DNA from: Coniocarpon cinnabarinum
Taxonomy: Eukaryota
NCBI GenBank assembly: GCA_051942205.1
Contig: JAVECO010000119.1
Span: forward strand, 52,933 to 72,932
Reading direction: 5' to 3'
Length of the DNA: 20,000 nucleotides
Part shown: positions 19,050-20,000 of the stretch, one piece after another
Position numbering within the stretch: the stretch's first letter is position 1
How the letters are laid out: each line of letters starts with the position of its first letter
Program-made: the position numbers and the translations under genes
Notes under the pieces: model-generated
What the model was told of the DNA's origin: nothing
The model's database searches: none
The model's input: the letters and a program-made list of their open reading frames with translations, nothing else

Positions 19050-20000
19050 GCGAGAAGATATTCTAGATGTACTGTCAATAAAAATTTTGTTTAGTATTCT
19101 TATAACGAGAGCACTTGTAGAAGAAAATTAACTAATTTAACGAGCCTTAAATATATATAGCTAGGATAGATCTATACTTAAGTAGTAACTAATTTATATG
19201 TTACTAGAAATACGCTTTAAGCTTTTAGTATAGTCTTAGAAATAGATCTAATATCTTTCTTATCTCTATTTTTATCTCTTACTTCTATTTTTATCTTATA
19301 TCTTAAAAAAGATAGTAAGACTTATTTTATTCTTTAATAAAATATAAAAGTAATATATAATACAGGAAAGTTAAGAGTAGAAATTATTAACTATACAGAG
19401 TAATTAATAGAATTATAAAAGCTATAGAACAACTATCTACTAGAGCAAAGGCTACCTATTTATATTTAGAGTAGATTATTATATATAGTAAAGGTATAGA
19501 GCGTTATATACTACCTATACCTCTATATTTATCTTAGTATTAGGTTTTAATAATTATTAATAAACCTTATAAAAGGCGTAGTAGTATAACTAGTTAGGTA
19601 ATTATATTAATAGCTTTTAAATAGAGAAATAGTAGAGAGAATAAAGGCGCTATAAGACAAAGCTATAATACTACCCCTCTCTTTAAGCTTAATTAGCCTT
19701 AATTAAGAAGATAATATTAGGTTAGTACTAGGTAGGTTAAGGTTTCTTTAAATATTTAGTATAGAAATATTCTAATTCTTCTTATATATAATTAAAGTAC
19801 TTAATTAGATACTATTAGTAGTCTTTTAGATAACTAAACTATAATACTTATACTTTAATATTATTATTATAAAATTTTTATATATCTAAAATTTTCTATA
19901 CTTGCTATTCTTACTTACCCTTAATAATAATAGAGTCTAGCTTTTTATATTCCTATCTATCTAAAGGTTTATTAGGATTATTTAATAGTAAGAAAGTATA
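19050..20000. repeat. AT-rich, RIP-degenerate sequence (probable transposon/repeat relic; family not recognisable), continuing past the window
   Basis: GC content falls steeply. TpA is abundant and only a handful of CpA/TpG occur in ~850 bp, while CpG persists (CGAG, TACGC, GGCGC). Stops are dense and the ORF track reports no ORF here. This is the expected outcome of CpA-to-TpA repeat-induced point mutation. Confidence 0.8.

Overview
Gene-dense genomic DNA from a filamentous ascomycete (Pezizomycotina), judged from short GT-AG introns with CTRAC-type branch sites and a RIP-like AT-rich block. In order: an F-box/beta-propeller gene (minus, runs off the left edge), a Bax-inhibitor-1/GHITM-like membrane protein (minus), a divergent NCS1 (Fcy2/Tpn1-like) permease (plus), a Kel3/KLHDC4-like kelch protein (plus), a stand-alone three-exon NRPS-like A-T-R reductase (minus), a 731-aa uncharacterised probably mitochondrial protein (plus), a three-exon proline iminopeptidase (plus), a 265-aa unknown protein with a Cys/His tail (plus), and a RIP-degenerate region from about 19.05 kb to the end. 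The main find, which the ORF track does not show, is a complete TPP-riboswitch aptamer (3396-3499) ending 7 nt before the permease ATG. It has non-canonical P5-loop and J5/4 nucleotides, no evident downstream branch point/acceptor, and an upstream uORF plus a possible mini-intron whose 3' splice site overlaps P1. All family assignments come from motif recognition; no database searches were run.
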